Origin: a bacterium
GTDB lineage: Bacteria > Bacillota_I > Bacilli_A > RF39 > UBA660
NCBI GenBank assembly: GCA_963607925.1
Contig: CAVDFY010000024.1
Span: 10,082-46,356, forward strand
Length of the DNA: 36,275 nucleotides
Reading direction: 5' to 3'
Shown: piece after piece, positions 24,289 through 33,304 of the stretch
How the letters are laid out: each line of letters begins with the position of its first letter
How positions within the stretch are numbered: position 1 is the stretch's first letter
Made by a program: the position numbers and the translations under genes
The notes under the pieces: model-generated
Databases searched by the model: none
Seen by the model: only the letters and a program-made list of their open reading frames with translations
What the model was told of the DNA's origin: nothing

Positions 24289-25128
24289 GTGGGAGTTTTT
24301 AGTAAACTAAAAAATATATTCTATGATGAAGAATATGTAGACGAACCAGAAGCAGAAATTAAAAAAGTAGATAAAGTTGTAAAAAAAGAAGTTGAAGAAG
24401 CAAAACCTAGGGTTGAAGAAATAAAAATCACTAGAGAAGAACCAAAACGTGAAGAAGTAAAAAGAGTTGTAGAAGAACCAAAACTAAGTAATGACTTTAG
24501 TGAAAGAGAATTATTTAGAAGTGAAAGAACATTCAATTTTACAGAATTTGATGATGATGAAGAGTTACCACCAAGAAGAAATGTTTTGAGTCCTGAACCA
24601 AAAGTAACTAAGAGAACAGAAGTTCAAAAGCCAGCTATACCAGAACAACCAAAAATCTTTAAACCAAGTCCAATAATTTCACCAATTTATGGAATTTTAG
24701 ACAAGGATTATAAAAAAGATGAAGTTGTATCTAAACCAGTTAGAGAAGAAAAAACTGTAATAAAAGATTCAGCTACAACATATGATACTGTTAGAAGAAA
24801 AGCATATGGTACGCTTGAAGATGAACTTGAAGACACATTAAATTCTATGAATAAATTAACTCCAGAAGCAATTAGCAACGAAGTAAATAAAATAGATAAG
24901 TCAGTAGATGAACTTGATAAGAAAACAAACAAAATAGAAGACTTAATCAGTAAAATTGAAAGTACTACATCAGATGTATCAGTAGGAGAGTTAGAGGATA
25001 AAATGGAACTTGAACACTTCGATGATGAAGATGATGAACCAGTTAGTGATAAAACAATGACAAATAGTACTTTAGAGCACGATCTATTTAATTTAATAGA
25101 TTCAATGTATGATGATAAGGAGGATTAA
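24289..25128 (+). CDS. Highly charged E/K/D-rich protein (279 aa), unknown function
   Basis: GTG start 5 nt after AAGAGGTG. N-terminus MGVFSKLKNIFYDEE. Long low-complexity charged regions. Confidence 0.65.
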   Translation: MGVFSKLKNIFYDEEYVDEPEAEIKKVDKVVKKEVEEAKPRVEEIKITREEPKREEVKRVVEEPKLSNDFSERELFRSERTFNFTEFDDDEELPPRRNVLSPEPKVTKRTEVQKPAIPEQPKIFKPSPIISPIYGILDKDYKKDEVVSKPVREEKTVIKDSATTYDTVRRKAYGTLEDELEDTLNSMNKLTPEAISNEVNKIDKSVDELDKKTNKIEDLISKIESTTSDVSVGELEDKMELEHFDDEDDEPVSDKTMTNSTLEHDLFNLIDSMYDDKED

Positions 25129-25130
25129 AA

Positions 25131-25427
25131 ATGGAATTTCTAAGTGAAGCACTACCTATAGTAATATACTTATTATTAATTGTATTATTAGTAGTAGCAA
25201 TAATTATTGGCATTAGATTAATACTTACAATGAATAAAGTAGATGATATATTAGAAGATTTATCAGATAAAGCAAAATCGTTAGATAAACTATTTAATAT
25301 CATAGACTTTGCAACTGATAGAGTATCAATGGTAAGCGATACAGTTATAAATTTCGTATCAGGTGCAATTAATAAAATATTTAAAAAAAGAAATTTAAAG
25401 AAAGTAGAGGATGATGACGATGAGTAG
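25131..25427 (+). CDS. DUF948-like membrane-anchored protein
   Basis: A single N-terminal TM segment (LPIVIYLLLIVLLVVAIIIGI) followed by a helical region. Its position directly upstream of a YtxH-like gene mirrors the Bacillus ytxG-ytxH arrangement. Confidence 0.6.
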   Translation: MEFLSEALPIVIYLLLIVLLVVAIIIGIRLILTMNKVDDILEDLSDKAKSLDKLFNIIDFATDRVSMVSDTVINFVSGAINKIFKKRNLKKVEDDDDE

Positions 25428-25851
25428 AGAAAATAAAGGTGGATTTGGAAAATTCATAGGTGGCTTAGCTATCGGAGCAGGACTTGGATTATTATTTGCT
25501 CCAGACAAAGGAACTAATACGAGAAAAGTATTAAAAAAGAAAGTTGATGAACTTCTTGATAGATTAAGAGAAGTAGACTTAGACGAAGTTAAAGATGAAT
25601 TGTTATTCAAAGCTGAAACACTTCAGGCAGAACTAGCTACTTTAGATAAAGAAAAAGCAAAAAATTTAGCTTTAGAACAAGCTCAAAACATTAGAGCAAA
25701 AGCTGAAGAACTTTATAAATATGCTATCGAAAAAAGTACTCCAGTAGTAGAAAAAGCTGCTGATGAAGTTAGAAAACAAGCATTAAAAGTAGTTAAAGAA
25801 ATTCAAGCAAGATTAGAAGAAGATAATAAAGCTTCTAAAAAAAATAAATAA
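25420..25851 (+). CDS. YtxH-like general-stress protein
   Basis: GGFGKFIGGLAIGAGLGLLFAPDKGTNTRKVLKKK is the YtxH signature. It is followed by an amphipathic coiled coil. ATG 25420 lies behind GAGGA. Confidence 0.72.
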   Translation: MSRENKGGFGKFIGGLAIGAGLGLLFAPDKGTNTRKVLKKKVDELLDRLREVDLDEVKDELLFKAETLQAELATLDKEKAKNLALEQAQNIRAKAEELYKYAIEKSTPVVEKAADEVRKQALKVVKEIQARLEEDNKASKKNK

Positions 25852-25860
25852 TCAAAATAA

Positions 25861-25887
25861 AAATATTGCGTTAAGCAATATTTTTTT
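25861..25887. terminator. Bidirectional intrinsic terminator
   Basis: AAATATTGC gttaa GCAATATTT followed by TTTT; an A-run on the other side. Confidence 0.8.
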
Positions 25888-26764
25888 ATTCTGCAGAATA
25901 TAGTTTAATTTTACCATTATTAACTGAATTAAGTACTTGATTCCAAATTTCATTTTCTACATTGCGAACCTTTTTAGGGTGTACTAAAAATCTAATAGTA
26001 AGTAAAACATAATTATCAATTATCTCTGTATAAACAATTGGATCTAACTTATTATAATAAATTCTATATTCACCAGCAGCATTATCAAGTTGTCTTTCCA
26101 TTTTATTTGGAATAGAAGAAACAACTTGGTTACTTCTAATAATTTTATATAACTCTTTTTTTACTTTAGCAACATTACTATCGATAGGAACTTTTATAGA
26201 CATCTCTTTCCATACGTATTTAAATGCTTTAGAATAGTTTTTTAAATATTCAGTAAATATTTTAGATGCAGGTACTTGAATAATGATACCAGTACTTTGT
26301 TCTGCATTTTCTTCTCCTCTTACTTCTAATATTTCAAAAGATAAAATACTAATATTAATAACATCTCCAATATAGTTACCAATAGAAATTCTATCTTCAA
26401 CTTTAAAAGGCTTAGCAACCTTTATATAAACACCAGAGAAAAAGTTTACAACAATATCTCTTACTGCTAAAGTTAAAGCGGCACTTACAACACTAATTAA
26501 AGTTAATAAATCCTTAAAATAATCTTGCCATACTAAAATCAAACAAAAAATCATGATAATACTACATATTAATCTAACTCTTTTATTAAGAATATATTTA
26601 TTCTTATCATCAGTATTAAATTTATTATTCAATATTTCAAAAGATTTAGATAGTGCTTTTATTATGAAAACTACTATTAATGATTGGCATATTGACAAGA
26701 TATATTTGTTACTTAGAGAAGTAAAATTTGATAAATATAAGACTAATTTATCTAGATATTTCAT
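25886..26764 (-). CDS. Small-conductance mechanosensitive channel (MscS family)
   Basis: Three N-terminal TM segments, then VRDIVVNFFSGVYIKVAKPFKVEDRISIGNYIGDVINISILSFEI, typical of the MscS pore/beta domain. Confidence 0.85.
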   Translation of the reverse strand: MKYLDKLVLYLSNFTSLSNKYILSICQSLIVVFIIKALSKSFEILNNKFNTDDKNKYILNKRVRLICSIIMIFCLILVWQDYFKDLLTLISVVSAALTLAVRDIVVNFFSGVYIKVAKPFKVEDRISIGNYIGDVINISILSFEILEVRGEENAEQSTGIIIQVPASKIFTEYLKNYSKAFKYVWKEMSIKVPIDSNVAKVKKELYKIIRSNQVVSSIPNKMERQLDNAAGEYRIYYNKLDPIVYTEIIDNYVLLTIRFLVHPKKVRNVENEIWNQVLNSVNNGKIKLYSAE

Positions 26765-26885
26765 ATTATCATCCTTTCCACCTGAAAAAAGAGCAGGTTT
26801 AATTAATATAACATATATGAAAGTTAACTTTAAGGAATTAAAAGAGTTTTTTTGAAATTTTACATATATTGTGTAAACAAATCAA

Positions 26886-26914
26886 TTGATTATTAAAATA
26901 ATTTGTGTTATAAT
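26886..26914 (+). promoter_or_regulatory. Promoter of the T-box leader
   Basis: TTGATT, a 17-nt spacer, then TATAAT with an upstream TGTG. Confidence 0.7.
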
Positions 26915-27110
26915 CTTCTCATGAATTTGCAAGAGGAATGTTGTTAAATCCCTTTTTACAGTGATTCTAGGATAGTGGAAACTAGATAATATATTTAATT
27001 ACTCCTACCTCTAATATATGCAAAATCGGCTTAAAAAGTCGTTAAAAAAGAAAGATAAATAAAGGATGGTACCGTCTAATAGACTCCTTAGTTACCATCC
27101 TTTTTATTTT
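26915..27110 (+). promoter_or_regulatory. T-box riboswitch leader (proline specifier) with terminator/antiterminator
   Basis: T-box sequence AAAGGATGGTACCGTC (27061-27076). Terminator AAAGGATGGTA...TACCATCCTTT plus a T-run (27061-27110). Stem I distal region TCTAGGATAGTGGAAACTAGA. The candidate specifier CCU followed by A is at 27004-27007. UGGU would pair with the ACCA end of the tRNA. Confidence 0.8.
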
Positions 27111-27123
27111 AGGGAGGAATGAA

Positions 27124-28545
27124 ATGAAAAACGAAAAAATAACTGAAAGAAGTAAAGACTTCGCAGCATGGTATACTGATGTAGTAGCTGCTGCTCATTT
27201 AGCAAGATATTCAAATGTTAAAGGATTTATTATATTTGAACCAAATGGATATGCTATATGGGAAAATATCAAAAAAGAAATGGATGCAATGTTCAAAGAA
27301 TATGGACATCAAAATGTATACTTACCAGTTATGATACCTGAAAACTTACTTAAAAAAGAAGGAGAACTTGTAGAAGGATTTGCTCCTGAAGTAGCATGGA
27401 TAACAGAAGGTGGAAGCAATAAATTAGAAGAAAGATTAGCATTCCGACCAACTAGTGAATCTTTATTCTGCGATTATTATAAGAATATTGTAAAAACATA
27501 TAGAGACTTACCAAAATTATATAATCAATGGTGTAGTGTTATAAGATGGGAAAAAGAAACAAGACCATTTTTAAGAAGCAGAGAATTCTTATGGCAAGAA
27601 GGACATACAGTTCATGCTACTGAAAAGGAAGCTATGGAAGAAACTGATAGAATGCTAAATGTGTATAAAAGATTCTTTGAAGAATATTTAGCTATACCAG
27701 TAGTTACAGGAAGAAAAACAGAAAAAGAAAAATTTGCAGGAGCTGAATACACTCTAACAGTAGAAGCAATGATGCAAAATGGAGTATGCCTTCAATCAGC
27801 AACAAGTCACTATTTTGGACAAAAATTTTCTAAGGCATATGACGTTAAATTTGTAAATAAAGATAATAAATTTGATTATTGTTATCAAACATCATGGGGA
27901 GCAAGTACTAGAATGATAGGTGCTATTATAATGGCTCATGGAGATGATAAAGGGTTAGTATTGCCACCAAGAATAGCTCCAAATCAAGTATGTATTGTTC
28001 CAATTAAAATGAATGATGAATTACTTAGTGTATGTAACAAAATAAATGATGAATTACGTAAAAATAATATTTCTTCTTACATAGATGCATCTGATAAGAG
28101 TGCGGGATTCAAATTTGCTGAAGCAGAAGTTAATGGTATTCCAGTAAGAATAGAAGTTGGACCAAGAGACTTAGAAAATAATAAAGTAACATTAGTAAGA
28201 AGAGACACAAGTGAAAAAGAACTAGTAGATGTAGATGAAGTACTTAAGAATGTTCAAAAATTATTAACTGATATACAAGAAAATTTATATAATAAAGCAC
28301 TTGAAAATATGAAAAACAGAACATACGAAGCTAAAACATTAAAAGATGTGGAAGAAATCATGAATACACATCCAGGATTTGTAAAAGCACATTGGTGTGG
28401 AGACTTAGACTGCGAACTTAAAATGAAAGAAATAAAAGGCACTAAATCTAGATGCATAATAGAAACAAAAGACTATGAAGATGAAGTATGCGTAGTATGC
28501 GGTAAGAAAGCAAAACATAAAGTAGTTTGGGGTATACAATACTAA
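27124..28545 (+). CDS. proS: Prolyl-tRNA synthetase, archaeal/eukaryote-like architecture (copy 2; no INS domain, C-terminal Zn-binding domain)
   Basis: FRPTSESLF, RWEKETRPFLRSREFLWQEGHTVH (motif 2), SWGASTRMIGAIIMAHGDDKGLVLPP (motif 3), a Cys cluster CGDLDC...CVVCG, and a terminal Tyr. Confidence 0.92.
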   Translation: MKNEKITERSKDFAAWYTDVVAAAHLARYSNVKGFIIFEPNGYAIWENIKKEMDAMFKEYGHQNVYLPVMIPENLLKKEGELVEGFAPEVAWITEGGSNKLEERLAFRPTSESLFCDYYKNIVKTYRDLPKLYNQWCSVIRWEKETRPFLRSREFLWQEGHTVHATEKEAMEETDRMLNVYKRFFEEYLAIPVVTGRKTEKEKFAGAEYTLTVEAMMQNGVCLQSATSHYFGQKFSKAYDVKFVNKDNKFDYCYQTSWGASTRMIGAIIMAHGDDKGLVLPPRIAPNQVCIVPIKMNDELLSVCNKINDELRKNNISSYIDASDKSAGFKFAEAEVNGIPVRIEVGPRDLENNKVTLVRRDTSEKELVDVDEVLKNVQKLLTDIQENLYNKALENMKNRTYEAKTLKDVEEIMNTHPGFVKAHWCGDLDCELKMKEIKGTKSRCIIETKDYEDEVCVVCGKKAKHKVVWGIQY

Positions 28546-28665
28546 TTGTAAAGTTACAAAGTTTTAATATTAATTACACCTAATTTTCACAATTCACAAA
28601 TATAATGGATATATAAGGTAGGTGGTAAGTATAGACTAAAAACTGTTAACGATTACGATGTTAAT

Positions 28666-28689
28666 AAGCACCTTTATGGTGCTTTTTTT
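28666..28689 (+). terminator. Intrinsic terminator of proS copy 2
   Basis: AAGCACC tttat GGTGCTT followed by TTTTTT. Confidence 0.8.
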
Positions 28690-28761
28690 AGTAAAAATCT
28701 CTTTATTATAATTAAAACAATGTATTTTATATCCTAAATATCACAAAATAATAATAATTTC

Positions 28762-28790
28762 TTGACAAAATAATAATATTAATATATAAT
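28762..28790 (+). promoter_or_regulatory. Promoter of the infC-rpmI-rplT operon
   Basis: TTGACA, a 17-nt spacer, then TATAAT (both consensus). Confidence 0.8.
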
Positions 28791-28909
28791 CAACATTGTT
28801 GAAAAAGAAAGAAAGAGAGCCACTCTTCACCAGATGTATAGATACATTGGTACAAAAGCTTATTTGTAAGAATACGTTTTTAAAGTGGACTCTCATGTCC
28901 ACTTTTTTT
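28791..28909 (+). promoter_or_regulatory. Leader with intrinsic terminator (probable L20-responsive attenuator)
   Basis: The hairpin AAAGTGGAC tctcat GTCCACTTT plus T7 (28882-28909) lies between the promoter and the infC SD. This position is the same as the L20 leader of Firmicutes. Confidence 0.6.
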
Positions 28910-28935
28910 CAAAAAATAATATGGAGGTGTTAGCA

Positions 28936-29457
28936 ATAGCTAAGCAAAACGAAGTTCAAATTAATGAACAAATAACTTTTCAAAACGTTATGGTAATTGG
29001 ACCTAATGGAGAAAAAATGGGTATCAAAAATATTAGTGATGCCATGACACTTGCTAAATATGCTGGCCTTGATTTAGTTTTATTAAATAACGATCCTAAA
29101 AATCCAGTTTGTAAAATAATTGATTATAATAAGTATCGTTATGAAAAACAAAAAAGAGAAAAGGAAGCAAAGAAAAAGCAAAGAGAACAAAATCTTGAAA
29201 CTAAAGAGTATCGTTTAAGCGTAACTATCGATGTTGGAGATTTTGAAACAAAATTAAGAAATGCAAAAGCCTATATTGAAAAAGGTCATAAGATTAAAGT
29301 TGCAGTAAGATTCAAAGGAAGACAAATGGCTCATCCAGAATTAGGACGCGACGTAATAATGAAGTTTGCAGAAAAATTAAATGATGTTGCAGACATAGAA
29401 CAAATGCCAAAAATGGAAGGTAGAAGTATGCAACTATTCTTAACACCAAAAAAGTAG
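28936..29457 (+). CDS. infC: Translation initiation factor IF-3
   Basis: INEQITFQNVMVIGPNGEKMGI, KIIDYNKYRYEKQK and KGRQMAHPELG. I propose the start at ATA 28936, 6 nt after GGAGGTG. The in-frame ATG at 28921 overlaps the SD, and the track GTG at 28885 lies inside the attenuator hairpin. Confidence 0.88.
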   Translation: MAKQNEVQINEQITFQNVMVIGPNGEKMGIKNISDAMTLAKYAGLDLVLLNNDPKNPVCKIIDYNKYRYEKQKREKEAKKKQREQNLETKEYRLSVTIDVGDFETKLRNAKAYIEKGHKIKVAVRFKGRQMAHPELGRDVIMKFAEKLNDVADIEQMPKMEGRSMQLFLTPKK

Positions 29458-29473
29458 AAAGGAAGAATTAAAT

Positions 29474-29665
29474 ATGCCAAAGATGAAATCACACGGTGGA
29501 ATCAGTAAAAAAATCAAAGTAAGAAACTCTGGTTCAACAAAAATCGGACATGTAGGAGCTAATCACAATAGTGGAAAGAAATCAACAGATTTCAATAGAA
29601 AATCAAGAAAGGGTTCTGTATTAAGTAGCGGAGATGCTAAAAGATATAGAGGACTTGTTAAGTAA
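29474..29665 (+). CDS. rpmI: 50S ribosomal protein L35
   Basis: MPKMKSHGG...GDAKRYRGLV; conserved operon position. Confidence 0.93.
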   Translation: MPKMKSHGGISKKIKVRNSGSTKIGHVGANHNSGKKSTDFNRKSRKGSVLSSGDAKRYRGLVK

Positions 29666-29678
29666 GGAGGGGTTATAA

Positions 29679-30212
29679 ATGGCAAGAGTTAAAGGCGGAA
29701 ATGTTTCTAAGAATAGAAGAAGAAAAGTATTAAAAAGAGCTAAAGGATATTTTGGAAGTAAACATAGATTATACAAGACTGCTCAAGAACAATTATTCCA
29801 TAGTGGAGCTTACAGCTTTAATGATAGAAAGAAAAGAGCTAACGACTTCAGAAAATTATGGATTACAAGAATTAACGCAGCTTGTAGAGCTAACGATATA
29901 GTATATTCTAAATTCATTAATGGACTTAAGAAAGCTAATATCGAAATCAACAGAAAAATGTTAAGTGAACTTGCTATATTCGCTCCAGAAGAATTCACTA
30001 AATTAGTTAAACTTTCTAAAGATGCTTTAGAAGGTAAAGCACCAAAAAAAGAAGCTAAAGAGGTAGAAGCAAAAGTTGAAAAAACTGTAGAAGCTAAAAC
30101 TGATTACTCTAAGTTAACAGTAGCTGAATTAAAAGCTGCATGTGCTGAAAAAGGAATCGAAGTAACTACTTCAATGAAAAAAGCTGATTTAGTAGCTGCT
30201 TTAAATAAGTAA
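29679..30212 (+). CDS. rplT: 50S ribosomal protein L20 with a ~60-aa C-terminal extension
   Basis: [26 protein letters not shown]...[10 protein letters not shown] is the canonical L20 core (~117 aa). It is followed by a K/E-rich linker and [32 protein letters not shown]. Confidence 0.92.
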   Translation: MARVKGGNVSKNRRRKVLKRAKGYFGSKHRLYKTAQEQLFHSGAYSFNDRKKRANDFRKLWITRINAACRANDIVYSKFINGLKKANIEINRKMLSELAIFAPEEFTKLVKLSKDALEGKAPKKEAKEVEAKVEKTVEAKTDYSKLTVAELKAACAEKGIEVTTSMKKADLVAALNK

Positions 30213-30258
30213 TTTATTTAAAAATATAAATAAGTGTCCGTTAAGGATGCTTTTTTAA

Positions 30259-30287
30259 TTGTAATTGATGAACAATTGCTTTATAAT
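30259..30287 (+). promoter_or_regulatory. Promoter upstream of the Smr-rsmE-mtaB genes
   Basis: TTGTAA, a 17-nt spacer, then TATAAT. Confidence 0.55.
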
Positions 30288-30312
30288 ATAGGTGAAAAAA
30301 GAGGAAAAGAAA

Positions 30313-30576
30313 ATGATAAAAAGGATAGATCCATTCTTATATAATGCTCCTTCATTAGATATACATGGTTTTGATAGATATGGTGGAGTTGCAATGATAA
30401 AAAACTTCATAGACAATGAATCAAGAATAGGTACTAAGAAACTAATAGTGGTTCATGGAAAAGGCGAAGGAATACTAAGACAAGCAACACATGAATATTT
30501 AAAAACTGATAAAAGAGTACTAGAATACAAATTAAACATATTTAATGATGGAGAAACAATAATAATACTTAAATAG
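30313..30576 (+). CDS. Small Smr-domain protein
   Basis: LDIHGFDRYGGVAMIKNFI...LIVVHGKGEGILRQATHEYL matches the Smr pattern (LDLHG...HGxGxG). I prefer ATG 30313 behind AGAGGAAAAG; GTG 30292 lies at or before the predicted transcription start site. Confidence 0.75.
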   Translation: MIKRIDPFLYNAPSLDIHGFDRYGGVAMIKNFIDNESRIGTKKLIVVHGKGEGILRQATHEYLKTDKRVLEYKLNIFNDGETIIILK

Positions 30577-30587
30577 GAGGAAATAAT

Positions 30588-31313
30588 ATGCAACAATACT
30601 TTGGTAAAGAAAAACGTGATAATATAATATACTTAAATAGTGAAGACTTAAATCATATAAAAAATGTAATGAGAATGAAAGAAAACGACGAAGTAATAGT
30701 TGCATATGAAAATAAGAGTTATATTTGTTCATTAAACAAAGATTTATTATCAGTAAATATCAAAGAAGTATTTAAAGAAAATACAAATGAAACAAGAATA
30801 AAATTATATATGCCACTCTTATCAGAAGAAAAAATGAGCTTTATATTACAACATGGAACAGAACTTGATATTACAGATTACGTGGTAGTAATGTATAGTC
30901 ATTGTAAATATAAACTTAAATCAAAAGATTTCGATAAAAAACTTCAAAGATGGGCTAAAATACTTAAAGAAGCGACGGAACAATGCTATAGAATCAATAA
31001 ACCAAGTATAAATAAAATTATCGAAGTTAAAGACATCGAAGCAAGCGAAAGTGTAAACATAATGTGTTCACTTGACAAACAAGATGTAAATAATATAGTA
31101 AAGGTATTAACACTTGATAATTGTAATGATACAATTAGTATAGTATTTGGACCGGAAGGTGGTCTATCAAAGAGTGAAGAAGAAGAACTTACTAAAAAAG
31201 GCTTCATTAAAACTTCACTTGGAAGTGATGTACTAAGAACTGAAACAGTACCACTAATGATAGCATCTATCCTAAAATACTTGAAGGAATGTGGTAATAA
31301 TGGAAAACTTTGA
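30588..31313 (+). CDS. rsmE: 16S rRNA (uracil1498-N3)-methyltransferase
   Basis: MQQYF... N-terminal PUA-like region, IVFGPEGGLSKSEEEEL and LGSDVLRTETVPL. It lies upstream of mtaB, as in B. subtilis yqeU-yqeV. Confidence 0.88.
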   Translation: MQQYFGKEKRDNIIYLNSEDLNHIKNVMRMKENDEVIVAYENKSYICSLNKDLLSVNIKEVFKENTNETRIKLYMPLLSEEKMSFILQHGTELDITDYVVVMYSHCKYKLKSKDFDKKLQRWAKILKEATEQCYRINKPSINKIIEVKDIEASESVNIMCSLDKQDVNNIVKVLTLDNCNDTISIVFGPEGGLSKSEEEELTKKGFIKTSLGSDVLRTETVPLMIASILKYLKECGNNGKL

Positions 31314-32016
31314 TAAATTTTTAGAAACTTTTATGACTGGAGACTTTTTTCTAATATTTTTAATATTAATGTTAATTATATTATTAGTTCTAGTTTTAGC
31401 ACTTGTTAAAACTAGAACAGAATATTTAGAAATGGTTAGAAGAGAACAAGAAAAAATAGACTTAGAAAGTAAATTTAAAAAGCAAGTACAAGTAGAAGAG
31501 CCTAAAACTATTACTGAAGTTAAGAAGGAAGAAAAGGTTATTGAAGAAGAACCAGACTTACTAGATGAACTAAATAAGTTAATGGCCACATCTAAAGAAG
31601 ATATGATAGATGAAAATAAACCTCTAGTAAAACAAATAGATGTACCAAATGTTAAAACTTATGACAATATTATTGAAGACTATGAAAATGGTGAAGAAGA
31701 AAATGCAGTAATATCAACAGAAGAATTAGAAAAGGTTACAAGACAAAGAATGGAAGCACTCGGTATGAATGATAACCAAGTAGCTATTCAAAAATACGAA
31801 GAAGAGCAAGAAAAGAAAGCAATAATTAGTTATGAACAACTACTTAAAAATGCTTCTAATATTACTCTAACATATAAAGAAGAAGCAAATAAAAAGGGTG
31901 CCCCAAAAGTGAATAAAATAGAAGTACAAGAAAAGGAAGTAACTCAAGCAGTAAGTTATGTAGCAGAAGAAGAATACTTAAAAATACTTAAAGAGTTCAG
32001 GTTATCGCTAGAATGA
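31300..32016 (+). CDS. Membrane-anchored, E/K-rich protein of unknown function
   Basis: One TM segment (FFLIFLILMLIILLVLVLALV) followed by charged helices. It overlaps the rsmE stop, and its own stop overlaps the mtaB start (ATGA). Confidence 0.65.
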   Translation: MENFDKFLETFMTGDFFLIFLILMLIILLVLVLALVKTRTEYLEMVRREQEKIDLESKFKKQVQVEEPKTITEVKKEEKVIEEEPDLLDELNKLMATSKEDMIDENKPLVKQIDVPNVKTYDNIIEDYENGEEENAVISTEELEKVTRQRMEALGMNDNQVAIQKYEEEQEKKAIISYEQLLKNASNITLTYKEEANKKGAPKVNKIEVQEKEVTQAVSYVAEEEYLKILKEFRLSLE

Positions 32017-33278
32017 AAACATTTTTAATAAAAACATTAGGTTGCAAAGTTAATTCTTACGAAAGTGAATTCGTAAGAAATTTGCTTTTAAATGAAAACT
32101 ATAAAGAAGTAGAAGAAAATGCTGATATATGTTTAGTAAATACATGTACTGTAACAAATACAGCAGACAATAAAAGTAAACAAGTTATTAATAACATAAG
32201 AAAAAACAATCCAAATGCAATAGTAGTAGCATTCGGATGTTTTTGTGAGTTTAGAAAAGATAATATTAATGATTTAATAGATGCAGAAATAATACTAGGA
32301 ACTAAAAATAAAACTAAAGTATTAAAATGCATTAAAGATTATGAAAAGAATCATGAAAGAATTATACTATTTGATGATTCAAAAGAAGATGTCTTTGAAG
32401 ATATGGAAATAAAAAAATATGAACATCATCATAGAGCATTCATTAAAATAGAAGATGGATGTAATAACTTTTGTAGTTATTGTATAATTCCATATGTAAG
32501 AGGAAGAGTAAGAAGCAAAGACTTTAATAAATGCATTATCGAAGTAAATGATTTAGCTCTTTCAGGACATAAAGAAATAGTATTATCTGGTATTCACACT
32601 GGACAATATAATTCTGATAATAAGAGACTTGCAGATTTAATAAATGAAATAAGTAAAGTTGAACAAATAAAAAGAATTAGACTTTCATCAGTAGAAATAG
32701 TAGAACTAGATGATAAAATGATGGATATAATAAAAAATAATAAAAAATTTGTATCTCACTTACATATTCCACTTCAAGCTGGATGTGATAAAACATTAAA
32801 AGCAATGAATAGAAGATATGATTTAGAATACTTCACTGATAAAGTGAATACTATTAGAAGCCTAAGACCAAATATATCTCTAACTACAGATGTAATCGTA
32901 GGATTCCCAGGAGAGACCGAAGAAGACTTTGAAGACACACTAAACTATTGTAAACAAATAGGATTCGCTAAAATACATGTCTTCCCATATTCAGATAGAA
33001 ATGGTACAGTCGCATCAAGAATGCCAAATCATATACCAAGAACTATAGTGAAAGAAAGAGCAAGAAGACTTATAGAACTTTCTGATTCACTAGAAAAAGA
33101 ATACTTCAAAAAGTTTATTAATACTGAAGAAGAAGTATTAGTAGAAGAATTCAAAAATGATTATTATCATGGATTTACAGAAAACTATATACCAGTTAAA
33201 CTAAAAGAAGCAACACCAAATGAAATAGTTAAAGTAAAACTAACAAAAGAAAATATAAATTACAATTTAGAAGATTAA
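32013..33278 (+). CDS. mtaB: tRNA t6A37 methylthiotransferase (radical SAM, MtaB/YqeV type)
   Basis: N-terminal Cys triad (GCKVNSYES, NTCTVT, GCF). Radical SAM motif CNNFCSYCIIPYVRG. TRAM-like C-terminus. Confidence 0.88.
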   Translation: MKTFLIKTLGCKVNSYESEFVRNLLLNENYKEVEENADICLVNTCTVTNTADNKSKQVINNIRKNNPNAIVVAFGCFCEFRKDNINDLIDAEIILGTKNKTKVLKCIKDYEKNHERIILFDDSKEDVFEDMEIKKYEHHHRAFIKIEDGCNNFCSYCIIPYVRGRVRSKDFNKCIIEVNDLALSGHKEIVLSGIHTGQYNSDNKRLADLINEISKVEQIKRIRLSSVEIVELDDKMMDIIKNNKKFVSHLHIPLQAGCDKTLKAMNRRYDLEYFTDKVNTIRSLRPNISLTTDVIVGFPGETEEDFEDTLNYCKQIGFAKIHVFPYSDRNGTVASRMPNHIPRTIVKERARRLIELSDSLEKEYFKKFINTEEEVLVEEFKNDYYHGFTENYIPVKLKEATPNEIVKVKLTKENINYNLED

Positions 33279-33304
33279 AATTCAAGAAAGGTAATATTAA
33301 AAAA

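Noticed and set aside
22716-25610. Short ORFs 22716-22901, 22982-23281, 24049-24252, 24321-24536, 24708-24932, 25088-25303 and 25395-25610
   Set aside because: Each overlaps, in antisense, a better-supported gene with an SD and recognisable features. Their S/L/F-rich composition is the complement of E/K-rich coding sequence.
26553-26855. 100-aa plus-strand ORF overlapping the 5' end of the MscS gene
   Set aside because: It is antisense to the MscS TM region, with no SD and no motif.
28546-28665. 120-nt gap between the proS2 stop and its terminator, as a possible small RNA or small ORF (contains TATAAT at ~28602 and AAGGTAGGTGG)
   Set aside because: No acceptable -35 lies at 16-18 nt. The SD-like string is followed only by stop-interrupted frames (ATA GAC TAA). 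This is most simply a 3' UTR.
28885-28935. GTG 28885 as the infC start (track ORF)
   Set aside because: The GTG lies inside the stem of the leader terminator, upstream of the SD. The added residues (MDSHVHFFSKNNMEVLA) have no counterpart in IF-3.
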